This document shows, in pieces, positions 1 to 13,685 of a DNA stretch of 64,000 bases. The notes beneath the pieces are model-generated. The model saw only the letters and a list, made by a program, of their open reading frames with translations. It made no database searches and had not been told where the DNA came from. The stretch comes from Escherichia coli. Its GTDB lineage: Bacteria; Pseudomonadota; Gammaproteobacteria; Enterobacterales; Enterobacteriaceae. Where the stretch lies: the NCBI RefSeq assembly GCF_044324875.1, contig NZ_CP172185.1. One strand, given 5' to 3'. Within the stretch, counting starts at the first letter, position 1, and each line of letters opens with the position of its first letter. The position numbers and the translations under genes are program-made.

Positions 1-50
1 TGGTAGGCAATATAAAGCGGGTCCTGACTCACCCAGCCGCAACGTTCCAT
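1..50 (-). CDS. tag: 3-methyladenine DNA glycosylase I, N-terminal 16 codons only (gene runs off window start)
   Basis: Reverse complement of 1..50 reads ATG GAA CGT TGC GGC TGG GTG AGT CAG GAC CCG CTT TAT ATT GCC TAC = MERCGWVSQDPLYIAY, matching the remembered Tag N-terminus; divergent from yhjY. Confidence 0.6.
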   Translation of the reverse strand, partial: MERCGWVSQDPLYIAY

Positions 51-201
51 ACTTTCCCTCGCTATGTACCCGATCGTAAAAATTTCAGCAGCTTTTCTTG
101 ACGCATCGGTGAAAAAGTCAATATTTAATACAGGGCTACTATGCCCGATATCCTTCATACAATGACAATAATATTGCCGAATTCGGCTCTTCCCTGGAGT
201 C

Positions 202-756
202 GTGTTAATGATCATAAAAAAAAGCGGTGGTCGCTGGCAGCTAAGCCTGCTGGTGAGCGTGGTAATCAGTGCCTTTTTTCTCAACACAGCTTACGCCTGG
301 CAACAAGAATATATCGTTGATACGCAACCCGGACATTCCACAGAGCGTTACACCTGGGATAGCGATCATCAACCTGATTACAACGATATTTTGTCGCAAC
401 GTATTCAAAGTAGCCAAAGGGCGCTGGGACTGGAAGTCAATCTGGCGGAAGAAACCCCTGTGGATGTGACCAGCAGTATGAGTATGGGCTGGAATTTTCC
501 TTTATATGAACAGGTTACAACCGGCCCGGTCGCGGCATTACATTACGATGGCACAACCACCTCGATGTATAACGAGTTTGGCGACAGTACTACCACGCTA
601 GCCGATCCGTTATGGCATGCCAGCGTGAGTACCTTAGGCTGGCGTGTTGACTCCCGGCTTGGCGATCTCCGACCCTGGGCGCAAATCAGCTATAACCAGC
701 AATTTGGCGAGAATATCTGGAAGGCGCAATCAGGCCTGAGCCGGATGACGGCGACA
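202..756 (+). pseudogene. yhjY: yhjY 5' fragment (autotransporter/lipase-like outer membrane protein), interrupted by IS insertion
   Basis: ORF 202..825 matches YhjY up to ...SGLSRMTAT, then diverges into IS end sequence at about 757. Confidence 0.75.
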
Positions 757-1281
757 ATGAACTGCACCCCAAATGTTGGACATAATCTGACATCTGAAGG
801 TGCAGTTTATGAAACATTCATTTGAAGTAAAACTTGCCGCTGTAAATCACTACCTGGCTGGTCATGCAGGCATCATTTCTACGGCAAAACTCTTTCAACT
901 TTCTCACACCAGCCTCTCACACTGGATTAATCTTTTTCTTCTTCACGGTCCTCGGGCACTGGATTGCAGACACAAGCGTAGCTATTCTCCTGAAGATAAA
1001 CTTTGCGTGGTTCTTTATGCTCTCGGGCATTCTGAGTCTCTACCCCGGGTAGCTGCCCGGTTTAACATTCCCAGCCACAACACGGTTAAAAACTGGATAA
1101 AAGGCTACCGCAAATCTGGTAATGAGGCCTTTATCAGGCGCTGGAAGGAGAAAAGCATGACCCGTTCTGATGATACCCATGAAAACGAGGCAAACATGAC
1201 GCCGGAAGAGATGAAGAATGAGCTGCGTTATCTTCGCGCAGAAAATGCATATCTGAAAGCCATGCAGGAGCATCTCCTGGA

Positions 1282-2189
<908 letters not shown>

Positions 2190-2191
2190 CA

Positions 2192-2341
2192 AACCAGAAC
2201 GGCAACTGGCTGGATGTCACCGTAGGCGCTGATATGTTGCTCAATCAAAATATTGCTGCCTATGCTGCGCTATCTCAGGCAGAAAATACCACTAACAATA
2301 GCGACTATCTGTATACGATGGGGGTTAGTGCCAGATTTTAA
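2192..2341 (+). pseudogene. yhjY: yhjY 3' fragment (C-terminal 49 codons)
   Basis: Translation NQNGNWLDVTVGADMLLNQNIAAYAALSQAENTTNNSDYLYTMGVSARF* continues YhjY immediately after the IS right end. Confidence 0.75.
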
Positions 2342-2569
2342 CGTTATAGATACAATTGAAACCATTGAATAACAACAGTTGTGGCGATAGTGGGTGCTAA
2401 CTTACTAAATAATAAATTTGGTGAATAATTGTCGAGTCATTCATTCCTGAACTAATGCATTTCATTCCGTTCTGATGGCATTTCATGCCGTTTTTCCCCA
2501 GGCATAAAGTGCACTTCGTTATGGTTGTCAGCAGAGATTTTTCCTTTTTATTACTGCAGGAATACTGCC

Positions 2570-3778
2570 ATGACACCTTCAAATTATCAGCGTACCCGCT
2601 GGTTGACACTCATCGGTACTATCATTACCCAGTTTGCCCTTGGGTCGGTTTATACCTGGAGCCTGTTTAACGGCGCGCTTTCTGCCAAGCTGGATGCGCC
2701 GGTAAGCCAGGTCGCTTTCTCTTTCGGCTTGTTAAGTCTGGGGCTGGCAATTTCATCTTCTGTTGCGGGGAAATTACAGGAACGTTTTGGCGTTAAACGC
2801 GTCACTATGGCTTCCGGCATTTTGCTGGGATTAGGCTTCTTCCTGACAGCGCATTCTGACAACCTGATGATGCTGTGGTTAAGCGCCGGTGTGCTGGTCG
2901 GTCTGGCGGATGGCGCGGGTTACCTGCTGACGCTCTCTAACTGCGTGAAGTGGTTCCCGGAGCGTAAAGGTCTGATCTCCGCGTTCGCTATCGGTTCTTA
3001 TGGTCTGGGTAGCCTGGGTTTCAAATTTATCGACACGCAGCTGCTGGAAACGGTGGGTCTGGAAAAAACATTTGTGATTTGGGGAGCGATTGCGCTGGTG
3101 ATGATTGTTTTCGGCGCAACGTTAATGAAAGACGCACCAAAACAGGAAGTGAAAACCAGCAATGGTGTCGTGGAGAAAGATTACACGCTGGCAGAGTCGA
3201 TGCGTAAACCGCAGTACTGGATGTTAGCGGTAATGTTCCTGACTGCCTGCATGAGCGGCCTGTACGTGATTGGGGTAGCGAAAGATATCGCACAAAGTCT
3301 GGCACACCTTGATGTGGTTTCCGCAGCCAATGCAGTCACTGTTATTTCCATCGCCAACCTTTCAGGTCGTCTGGTTCTGGGGATACTGTCTGACAAAATC
3401 GCCCGAATCCGTGTTATCACCATTGGTCAGGTGATTTCGCTGGTGGGTATGGCGGCCCTGCTGTTTGCACCATTGAATGCAGTGACGTTCTTTGCAGCGA
3501 TTGCCTGCGTGGCGTTTAACTTTGGCGGCACTATCACGGTGTTCCCGTCACTGGTCAGTGAGTTCTTCGGCCTCAATAACCTGGCGAAAAACTACGGTGT
3601 GATTTATCTCGGTTTCGGTATCGGCAGCATTTGTGGGTCGATTATCGCCTCACTGTTTGGCGGCTTCTATGTGACCTTCTACGTGATTTTCGCCCTGCTG
3701 ATTCTGTCACTGGCGCTCTCTACGACGATTCGTCAGCCAGAGCAGAAAATGTTGCGTGAGGCGCATGGCTCCCTTTAA
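2570..3778 (+). CDS. yhjX: MFS transporter YhjX (oxalate/formate antiporter family)
   Basis: ORF-track protein from MTPSNYQRTRWLTLIG...; multi-TM MFS character; start taken at the second Met of ORF 2525..3778. Confidence 0.85.
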   Translation: MTPSNYQRTRWLTLIGTIITQFALGSVYTWSLFNGALSAKLDAPVSQVAFSFGLLSLGLAISSSVAGKLQERFGVKRVTMASGILLGLGFFLTAHSDNLMMLWLSAGVLVGLADGAGYLLTLSNCVKWFPERKGLISAFAIGSYGLGSLGFKFIDTQLLETVGLEKTFVIWGAIALVMIVFGATLMKDAPKQEVKTSNGVVEKDYTLAESMRKPQYWMLAVMFLTACMSGLYVIGVAKDIAQSLAHLDVVSAANAVTVISIANLSGRLVLGILSDKIARIRVITIGQVISLVGMAALLFAPLNAVTFFAAIACVAFNFGGTITVFPSLVSEFFGLNNLAKNYGVIYLGFGIGSICGSIIASLFGGFYVTFYVIFALLILSLALSTTIRQPEQKMLREAHGSL

Positions 3779-4101
3779 TCATCTGCCGCGAGCTACTGGG
3801 CTTTAGCCTTAGTGTGAATCAAACGCTTCAACGCAATGTATAAACAATGACGCGTAAAATTTGGGCCAGTTAACTGGCCCTTTTTACTGCTTTTTGTAAC
3901 GCTAAAGTCTCTTTTCAAACTTGCATTTTTGTAAATTTGTGCTTCGTGCACACTCTTTCCCCACACTTTTTCCCTTTGCTGTGGTCTACTTATTCGCGCG
4001 TGTAGATTTTACTTATCTGACTACCTCCGCACTTTTCCCCTGCCTGGCCTGAAAAGCCATTAAGCAGGGTGTTATCACCTGTTTGTCCAGGGTTTGTTTG
4101 C

Positions 4102-5793
4102 ATGAGATACATCAAATCGATTACACAGCAGAAGCTGAGCTTTTTGCTTGCAATCTATATTGGCCTTTTTATGAATGGCGCGGTTTTTTACCGCCGCTTC
4201 GGCAGCTATGCGCACGATTTTACCGTCTGGAAAGGCATTTCTGCTGTTGTTGAACTGGCCGCCACCGTACTGGTGACCTTCTTTTTACTACGTCTTCTTT
4301 CGCTGTTTGGCCGCCGTAGCTGGCGTATTCTGGCGTCGCTGGTGGTGCTCTTTTCCGCAGGTGCCAGCTATTACATGACCTTCCTTAATGTGGTCATTGG
4401 TTATGGCATCATCGCTTCCGTCATGACCACCGATATCGACCTGTCAAAAGAAGTTGTTGGTCTGAACTTTATTCTCTGGTTAATCGCCGTAAGCGCATTG
4501 CCTCTTATCCTTATCTGGAATAACCGCTGTCGTTACACCTTGCTCCGACAGCTGCGAACCCCAGGGCAACGTCTTCGCAGCCTGGCGGTCGTCGTGCTGG
4601 CAGGTATTATGGTTTGGGCACCGATTCGTTTGCTGGATATCCAGCAGAAGAAAGTGGAGAGGGCGACCGGTGTTGATTTGCCCAGCTATGGCGGCGTCGT
4701 AGCGAACTCTTATCTGCCATCAAACTGGCTTTCGGCATTGGGGCTGTATGCCTGGGCGCGGGTAGATGAATCTTCCGATAACAATTCATTGCTTAACCCG
4801 GCGAAGAAATTCACTTACCAGGCACCGCAAAATGTTGATGACACTTATGTCGTGTTTATCATTGGTGAAACCACGCGTTGGGATCATATGGGCATTTTCG
4901 GCTATGAACGTAACACCACACCGAAGCTGGCCCAGGAGAAAAATCTGGCAGCGTTCCGTGGTTACTCCTGTGATACCGCAACCAAACTCTCACTGCGTTG
5001 CATGTTTGTACGTCAGGGGGGCGCGGAAGATAATCCGCAGCGCACATTAAAAGAACAGAACATTTTCGCGGTATTGAAGCAGTTAGGATTCAGTTCTGAT
5101 CTCTACGCTATGCAAAGCGAAATGTGGTTCTACAGCAACACGATGGCAGACAACATTGCTTATCGTGAGCAGATTGGTGCGGAGCCACGTAATCGTGGCA
5201 AGCCGGTAGATGATATGTTGCTGGTAGACGAAATGCAGCAATCGCTGGGGCGCAACCCGGATGGTAAGCATCTGATCATTCTGCATACCAAAGGTTCGCA
5301 CTTTAACTACACCCAGCGTTACCCGCGCAGCTTCGCGCAGTGGAAGCCGGAATGTATTGGTGTTGATAGCGGCTGTACCAAAGCGCAGATGATCAACTCC
5401 TACGACAACTCGGTGACCTATGTGGATCACTTTATCTCCAGCGTGATTGATCAGGTTCGCGATAAGAAAGCGATTGTGTTCTACGCAGCTGACCACGGTG
5501 AATCAATTAATGAACGCGAGCACCTGCACGGCACGCCGCGTGAACTGGCACCGCCGGAGCAGTTCCGCGTGCCGATGATGGTCTGGATGTCAGAAAAATA
5601 TCTGGAAAATCCGGTCAATGCGCAGGCATTTGCGCAGCTGAAAAAAGAAGCCGACATGAAAGTGCCACGCCGTCACGTAGAGCTGTACGACACCATCATG
5701 GGTTGTCTTGGCTATACTTCACCGGATGGTGGAATTAACGAAAACAACAACTGGTGTCACATCCCGCAGGCAAAAGAGGCAGCGGCTAACTAA
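4102..5793 (+). CDS. eptB: Kdo2-lipid A phosphoethanolamine transferase EptB
   Basis: ORF-track protein from [14 protein letters not shown]...; N-terminal TM segments plus sulfatase-like domain. Confidence 0.9.
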   Translation: MRYIKSITQQKLSFLLAIYIGLFMNGAVFYRRFGSYAHDFTVWKGISAVVELAATVLVTFFLLRLLSLFGRRSWRILASLVVLFSAGASYYMTFLNVVIGYGIIASVMTTDIDLSKEVVGLNFILWLIAVSALPLILIWNNRCRYTLLRQLRTPGQRLRSLAVVVLAGIMVWAPIRLLDIQQKKVERATGVDLPSYGGVVANSYLPSNWLSALGLYAWARVDESSDNNSLLNPAKKFTYQAPQNVDDTYVVFIIGETTRWDHMGIFGYERNTTPKLAQEKNLAAFRGYSCDTATKLSLRCMFVRQGGAEDNPQRTLKEQNIFAVLKQLGFSSDLYAMQSEMWFYSNTMADNIAYREQIGAEPRNRGKPVDDMLLVDEMQQSLGRNPDGKHLIILHTKGSHFNYTQRYPRSFAQWKPECIGVDSGCTKAQMINSYDNSVTYVDHFISSVIDQVRDKKAIVFYAADHGESINEREHLHGTPRELAPPEQFRVPMMVWMSEKYLENPVNAQAFAQLKKEADMKVPRRHVELYDTIMGCLGYTSPDGGINENNNWCHIPQAKEAAAN

Positions 5794-5843
5794 GCGGCCT
5801 GCTGACTTTCTCGCCGATCAAAAGGCATTTTGCTATTAAGGGA

Positions 5844-5872
5844 TTGACGAGGGCGTATCTGCGCAGTAAGAT
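5844..5872 (+). promoter_or_regulatory. putative sigma70 promoter of proK (TTGACG, 17-bp spacer, TAAGAT, GC-rich discriminator)
   Basis: -35 TTGACG at 5844..5849 and -10 TAAGAT at 5867..5872, followed by GCGCCCC and the tRNA 5' end at 5885. Confidence 0.5.
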
Positions 5873-5884
5873 GCGCCCCGCATT

Positions 5885-5961
<77 letters not shown>

Positions 5962-5968
5962 AATTCGA

Positions 5969-5996
5969 AAAGCCTGCTCAGCGAGCAGGCTTTTTT
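5969..5996 (+). terminator. Rho-independent terminator after proK
   Basis: Hairpin AGCCTGCTC-AGCG-AGCAGGCT followed by TTTTTT. Confidence 0.7.
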
Positions 5997-6051
5997 GCAT
6001 TTGTAGCTCATGAGGATGAGAACTTCCGGGGGCAGGGAGGTTCGACTCGAC

Positions 6052-7367
<1,316 letters not shown>

Positions 7368-7934
7368 AAATGTGCCGGCCCATTGTCGGATGCGGAGCGA
7401 CCTACACACCACACATTTCCCTGCCAAATTTGCGCCCCATATCTCACTATCCATTAACGGATTTGTGACAGAAACCATTGTCTTTTTTTATATTTGCTTA
7501 AATCTTTTTTTGCGTTACTTATGACTGGCGCTGGCATTTTCCGCTGTGCGTTTTAGCGTTCATGGTATTAATCGCTCAGATATCCACCTTTTCCTCAGAT
7601 TTTTTTCACTAAATGCATAAAACTTAATCACCAAATGTTGCTAAATATTAAGCTGATTGTTCTGGTCATGTTGGAGTAGCACAAATTTCTCTGCTGCAAA
7701 TAGCGGTTTGAAGTTTTTTTAATCTTTGTTTGTGGATTCTCACCGTTGGTGTAAATCCCGGTTGGCTGTATTGACGTTTTCACATTCTGTTGACAGATTG
7801 TAGGTCACGAGGGGCATTTTATGGAGGATCCGCACTGTTACACTGATGTTAATTAGTACGGCATCCCCACCTCATAACGTTGACCCGACCGGGCAAAAAA
7901 CAAAAAAGGTCAGGCGGCGACAACCCACTGCAAA

Positions 7935-7971
7935 GGGTTAAAACAACAAACATCACAATTGGAGCAGAATA
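7935..7971 (+). promoter_or_regulatory. dppA 5' leader, CA-rich segment (expected GcvB sRNA target region) with Shine-Dalgarno
   Basis: AACAACAAACATCACAATTGGAGCAGAATA immediately upstream of the dppA ATG. Confidence 0.35.
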
Positions 7972-9579
7972 ATGCGTATTTCCTTGAAAAAGTCAGGGAT
8001 GCTGAAGCTTGGTCTCAGCCTGGTGGCTATGACCGTCGCAGCAAGTGTTCAGGCTAAAACTCTGGTTTATTGCTCAGAAGGATCTCCGGAAGGGTTTAAC
8101 CCGCAGCTGTTTACCTCCGGTACCACCTATGACGCCTCTTCCGTGCCGCTTTATAACCGCCTGGTTGAATTTAAAATCGGCACCACCGAAGTAATCCCGG
8201 GCCTCGCTGAAAAGTGGGAAGTCAGCGAAGACGGAAAAACCTATACCTTCCATCTGCGTAAAGGTGTGAAGTGGCACGACAACAAAGAATTCAAACCGAC
8301 GCGCGAACTGAACGCCGATGACGTGGTGTTCTCGTTCGATCGTCAGAAAAACGCGCAAAACCCGTACCATAAAGTCTCTGGCGGCAGCTACGAATACTTC
8401 GAAGGCATGGGCTTGCCGGAGCTGATCAGCGAAGTGAAAAAGGTGGACGATAACACCGTTCAGTTCGTGCTGACTCGCCCGGAAGCGCCGTTCCTCGCTG
8501 ACCTGGCAATGGACTTCGCCTCTATTCTGTCAAAAGAATATGCTGACGCGATGATGAAAGCCGGTACGCCGGAAAAACTGGACCTCAACCCAATCGGCAC
8601 CGGTCCGTTCCAGTTACAGCAGTATCAAAAAGATTCCCGTATCCGCTACAAAGCATTTGATGGCTACTGGGGCACCAAACCGCAGATCGATACGCTGGTC
8701 TTCTCTATTACTCCTGACGCTTCCGTGCGTTACGCTAAATTGCAGAAGAACGAATGCCAGGTGATGCCGTACCCAAACCCGGCAGACATCGCTCGCATGA
8801 AGCAGGATAAATCCATCAACCTGATGGAAATGCCGGGGCTTAACGTCGGCTATCTTTCATATAACGTGCAGAAAAAACCACTTGATGACGTGAAAGTTCG
8901 CCAGGCTCTGACCTACGCGGTGAACAAAGACGCTATCATCAAAGCGGTTTATCAGGGCGCGGGCGTGGCAGCGAAAAACCTGATCCCGCCAACCATGTGG
9001 GGCTATAACGACGACGTTCAGGACTACACCTACGATCCTGAAAAAGCGAAAGCCTTGCTGAAAGAAGCGGGCCTGGAAAAAGGCTTCTCCATCGACCTGT
9101 GGGCGATGCCGGTACAGCGTCCGTATAACCCGAACGCTCGCCGCATGGCGGAGATGATCCAGGCTGACTGGGCGAAAGTGGGCGTACAGGCCAAAATCGT
9201 CACCTACGAATGGGGTGAGTACCTCAAGCGCGCGAAAGATGGCGAGCATCAGACGGTAATGATGGGCTGGACTGGCGACAACGGGGATCCGGATAACTTC
9301 TTCGCCACCCTGTTCAGCTGCGCTGCTTCTGAACAAGGTTCCAACTACTCAAAATGGTGCTACAAGCCGTTTGAAGATCTGATTCAACCGGCACGTGCTA
9401 CTGACGACCACAACAAGCGTATTGAGCTGTATAAGCAAGCACAGGTGGTGATGCACGATCAGGCTCCGGCACTGATCATCGCTCACTCCACCGTGTTTGA
9501 ACCGGTACGCAAAGAAGTTAAAGGCTATGTGGTTGATCCATTAGGCAAACATCACTTCGAAAACGTCTCTATCGAATAA
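7972..9579 (+). CDS. dppA: dipeptide ABC transporter periplasmic binding protein DppA
   Basis: 535-aa ORF with signal peptide and family-5 solute-binding protein sequence. Confidence 0.95.
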   Translation: MRISLKKSGMLKLGLSLVAMTVAASVQAKTLVYCSEGSPEGFNPQLFTSGTTYDASSVPLYNRLVEFKIGTTEVIPGLAEKWEVSEDGKTYTFHLRKGVKWHDNKEFKPTRELNADDVVFSFDRQKNAQNPYHKVSGGSYEYFEGMGLPELISEVKKVDDNTVQFVLTRPEAPFLADLAMDFASILSKEYADAMMKAGTPEKLDLNPIGTGPFQLQQYQKDSRIRYKAFDGYWGTKPQIDTLVFSITPDASVRYAKLQKNECQVMPYPNPADIARMKQDKSINLMEMPGLNVGYLSYNVQKKPLDDVKVRQALTYAVNKDAIIKAVYQGAGVAAKNLIPPTMWGYNDDVQDYTYDPEKAKALLKEAGLEKGFSIDLWAMPVQRPYNPNARRMAEMIQADWAKVGVQAKIVTYEWGEYLKRAKDGEHQTVMMGWTGDNGDPDNFFATLFSCAASEQGSNYSKWCYKPFEDLIQPARATDDHNKRIELYKQAQVVMHDQAPALIIAHSTVFEPVRKEVKGYVVDPLGKHHFENVSIE

Positions 9580-9592
9580 TTAAAAGCCATAC

Positions 9593-9632
9593 CCGGTGGC
9601 GCTGTGCCTCTGCGTGCAGCGCCATCCGGCAG
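9593..9632. repeat. REP/BIME-like palindrome in the dppA-dppB intergenic region
   Basis: CCGGTGGCGCTGTGCCTCTGCGTGCAGCGCCATCCGGCAG palindromic unit. Confidence 0.4.
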
Positions 9633-9729
9633 CAATACTTCATTCCCTGCCCGACCTGGGCGGGAATTGATTTGTGAGCAATACAGACACGCAGTTCCAG
9701 GCTGCGGGTCACTACAGAGAATCCGGGTT

Positions 9730-10749
9730 ATGTTGCAGTTTATTCTCCGACGTTTGGGACTCGTCATCCCCACGTTTATCGGTATTACCCTTCTCACATT
9801 TGCCTTTGTCCACATGATCCCGGGCGATCCGGTGATGATCATGGCGGGCGAGCGTGGGATCTCCCCAGAGCGTCACGCGCAGCTGCTGGCTGAACTCGGC
9901 TTAGATAAACCGATGTGGCAGCAGTATCTCCATTACATTTGGGGCGTTATGCATGGCGATCTAGGCATTTCAATGAAAAGCCGCATCCCGGTTTGGGAAG
10001 AGTTCGTGCCGCGCTTTCAGGCCACGCTGGAGCTTGGTGTCTGCGCGATGATTTTTGCGACGGCGGTCGGCATTCCGGTTGGTGTGCTGGCTGCGGTTAA
10101 ACGCGGTTCCATTTTCGATCACACGGCGGTTGGCCTGGCGCTGACAGGTTATTCAATGCCTATCTTCTGGTGGGGCATGATGCTGATCATGCTGGTTTCG
10201 GTGCACTGGAACCTGACGCCCGTCTCCGGTCGCGTGAGCGACATGGTGTTCCTCGATGATTCCAATCCGTTAACCGGTTTTATGCTGATCGACACCGCCA
10301 TCTGGGGTGAAGACGGTAACTTTATCGATGCCGTCGCCCATATGATCTTGCCCGCCATTGTGCTGGGTACTATCCCGCTGGCGGTCATTGTGCGTATGAC
10401 ACGCTCCTCGATGCTGGAAGTGCTGGGTGAAGATTATATCCGCACCGCGCGCGCCAAAGGGTTGACCCGCATGCGGGTGATTATCGTCCATGCGCTGCGT
10501 AACGCGATGCTGCCGGTAGTGACCGTTATCGGCCTCCAGGTGGGAACATTGCTGGCGGGGGCGATTCTGACCGAAACCATCTTCTCGTGGCCCGGTCTGG
10601 GGCGCTGGTTGATTGACGCACTGCAACGCCGCGACTATCCGGTAGTGCAGGGCGGCGTATTGCTGGTGGCGACGATGATTATCCTCGTCAACTTGCTGGT
10701 CGATCTGCTGTACGGCGTGGTGAACCCGCGTATTCGTCATAAGAAGTAA
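9730..10749 (+). CDS. dppB: dipeptide ABC transporter permease DppB
   Basis: ORF-track protein from MLQFILRRLGLVIPTF...; start taken at an internal ATG of ORF 9604..10749. Confidence 0.9.
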   Translation: MLQFILRRLGLVIPTFIGITLLTFAFVHMIPGDPVMIMAGERGISPERHAQLLAELGLDKPMWQQYLHYIWGVMHGDLGISMKSRIPVWEEFVPRFQATLELGVCAMIFATAVGIPVGVLAAVKRGSIFDHTAVGLALTGYSMPIFWWGMMLIMLVSVHWNLTPVSGRVSDMVFLDDSNPLTGFMLIDTAIWGEDGNFIDAVAHMILPAIVLGTIPLAVIVRMTRSSMLEVLGEDYIRTARAKGLTRMRVIIVHALRNAMLPVVTVIGLQVGTLLAGAILTETIFSWPGLGRWLIDALQRRDYPVVQGGVLLVATMIILVNLLVDLLYGVVNPRIRHKK

Positions 10750-10758
10750 GGGGACATC

Positions 10759-11661
10759 ATGTCACAGGTTACTGAAAATAAAGTGATTAGCGCACCGGTG
10801 CCGATGACCCCGTTACAGGAGTTCTGGCACTATTTTAAACGCAACAAAGGCGCGGTCGTCGGGCTGGTTTACGTCGTCATCGTGCTGTTTATCGCGATCT
10901 TTGCCAACTGGATTGCACCCTATAACCCGGCGGAACAGTTCCGCGATGCACTGCTCGCCCCGCCAGCCTGGCAGGAAGGCGGCAGCATGGCGCACTTGCT
11001 GGGCACCGATGACGTAGGCCGTGATGTGCTGTCGCGTCTGATGTACGGTGCGCGATTGTCACTGCTGGTTGGCTGTCTGGTAGTTGTGTTATCGCTGATT
11101 ATGGGCGTTATTCTCGGCCTGATCGCCGGTTACTTCGGAGGCCTGGTCGATAACATCATCATGCGCGTGGTCGATATCATGCTGGCGCTGCCAAGTCTGC
11201 TGTTGGCACTGGTGCTGGTGGCGATTTTCGGCCCGTCGATTGGTAACGCCGCGCTGGCGCTAACCTTCGTTGCCTTGCCGCACTATGTGCGCTTAACCCG
11301 CGCCGCCGTGCTGGTGGAGGTGAATCGCGATTACGTTACCGCGTCTCGCGTGGCAGGTGCCGGGGCGATGCGTCAGATGTTTATTAACATCTTCCCGAAC
11401 TGCCTTGCGCCTCTGATTGTTCAGGCGTCGCTCGGTTTCTCTAACGCCATTCTCGATATGGCTGCTCTTGGTTTCCTCGGCATGGGGGCGCAGCCGCCAA
11501 CGCCGGAGTGGGGCACCATGCTCTCCGACGTGTTGCAGTTCGCGCAAAGCGCCTGGTGGGTCGTGACCTTCCCGGGTCTGGCGATCCTGCTGACGGTGCT
11601 GGCATTTAACCTGATGGGTGACGGTCTGCGTGACGCGCTCGATCCCAAACTGAAGCAGTAA
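10759..11661 (+). CDS. dppC: dipeptide ABC transporter permease DppC
   Basis: 300-aa permease ORF directly downstream of dppB. Confidence 0.9.
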
Positions 11662-11671
11662 GAGGTTCGAG

Positions 11672-12655
11672 ATGGCGTTATTAAATGTAGATAAATTATC
11701 GGTGCATTTCGGCGACGAAAGCGCACCGTTCCGCGCCGTAGACCGCATCAGCTACAGCGTAAAACAGGGCGAAGTGGTCGGGATTGTGGGTGAGTCCGGC
11801 TCTGGTAAATCGGTCAGTTCGCTGGCGATTATGGGGCTGATTGATTATCCGGGCCGCGTAATGGCGGAAAAGCTGGAGTTTAACGGTCAGGATTTACAGC
11901 GTATCTCAGAAAAAGAGCGCCGCAACCTGGTGGGTGCCGAAGTGGCGATGATCTTCCAGGACCCGATGACCAGCCTTAACCCGTGCTACACCGTGGGTTT
12001 CCAGATTATGGAAGCGATTAAGGTGCATCAGGGCGGCAACAAAAGTACCCGCCGTCAGCGGGCGATTGACCTGCTGAATCAGGTCGGTATTCCCGATCCG
12101 GCATCGCGTCTGGATGTTTACCCGCATCAGCTTTCCGGCGGCATGAGCCAGCGCGTGATGATCGCCATGGCGATTGCCTGTCGGCCAAAGCTGCTGATTG
12201 CCGATGAACCAACCACTGCGCTGGACGTGACCATTCAGGCGCAAATCATCGAACTGTTGCTGGAGCTACAGCAGAAAGAGAACATGGCGCTGGTGTTAAT
12301 TACCCATGACCTGGCGCTGGTGGCGGAAGCGGCACATAAAATCATCGTGATGTATGCAGGCCAGGTGGTGGAAACGGGCGATGCCCACGCCATCTTCCAT
12401 GCGCCGCGTCATCCATATACTCAGGCATTGCTGCGTGCGCTGCCGGAATTTGCTCAGGACAAAGAACGTCTGGCGTCGTTGCCAGGTGTCGTTCCCGGTA
12501 AGTACGACCGCCCGAACGGCTGCCTGCTTAACCCGCGCTGCCCCTATGCCACTGACAGATGTCGCGCTGAAGAACCGGCGCTGAATATGCTCGCTGACGG
12601 GCGTCAGTCCAAATGCCATTACCCACTTGATGATGCCGGGAGGCCGACACTATGA
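11672..12655 (+). CDS. dppD: dipeptide ABC transporter ATP-binding protein DppD
   Basis: Walker [12 protein letters not shown] signature LSGGMSQR. Confidence 0.9.
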
Positions 12656-13656
12656 GTACGCAAGAGGCCACCTCGCAACAACCGCTGTTGCAGGCTATCG
12701 ACCTGAAAAAACATTATCCGGTGAAGAAAGGTATGTTCGCGCCGGAACGTCTGGTGAAGGCGCTGGATGGCGTTTCGTTTAACCTTGAACGTGGCAAAAC
12801 GCTGGCAGTAGTAGGTGAATCTGGCTGCGGTAAATCGACCCTCGGTCGGTTGCTGACGATGATCGAAATGCCCACCGGTGGTGAGCTGTATTACCAGGGG
12901 CAGGATCTGCTCAAGCACGATCCGCAGGCGCAGAAGCTGCGTCGGCAGAAAATCCAGATTGTCTTCCAGAACCCTTACGGTTCGCTGAATCCACGTAAAA
13001 AAGTCGGGCAAATTCTTGAAGAGCCGCTGCTTATTAATACCAGCTTAAGCAAAGAACAGCGTCGGGAAAAAGCCCTGTCGATGATGGCGAAAGTCGGCCT
13101 GAAAACCGAACATTATGACCGCTATCCGCATATGTTCTCCGGCGGTCAGCGTCAGCGTATCGCCATTGCCCGAGGTCTGATGCTCGACCCGGATGTGGTG
13201 ATTGCCGATGAGCCGGTTTCTGCGCTGGACGTCTCGGTGCGTGCGCAGGTGCTCAACCTGATGATGGATTTGCAGCAGGAGTTGGGGCTTTCTTATGTCT
13301 TTATCTCCCACGACCTGTCGGTTGTGGAGCACATTGCCGATGAAGTGATGGTGATGTACCTGGGCCGCTGCGTGGAGAAGGGAACGAAGGACCAAATCTT
13401 CAATAACCCGCGTCATCCGTACACTCAGGCGCTACTCTCCGCGACGCCGCGCCTGAACCCGGACGATCGCCGCGAGCGCATCAAGCTCACCGGTGAACTG
13501 CCAAGCCCGCTCAATCCACCGCCGGGCTGCGCCTTCAACGCCCGCTGTCGTCGGCGCTTCGGCCCCTGTACCCAGTTGCAGCCGCAGCTAAAAGACTACG
13601 GCGGTCAACTGGTAGCTTGTTTTGCTGTTGATCAGGATGAAAATCCGCAGCGGTAA
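12652..13656 (+). CDS. dppF: dipeptide ABC transporter ATP-binding protein DppF
   Basis: Walker [10 protein letters not shown], signature FSGGQRQR; start overlaps dppD stop (ATGA). Confidence 0.9.
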
Positions 13657-13685
13657 CTCACAAAACCGGGGCCATGCGCTCCGGT

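Noticed and set aside
9915-13416. Multiple 60 to 150-aa ORFs overlapping dppB, dppC, dppD and dppF on either strand
   Set aside because: They lie inside well-supported ABC transporter genes in GC-rich sequence; typical antisense or out-of-frame artefacts.
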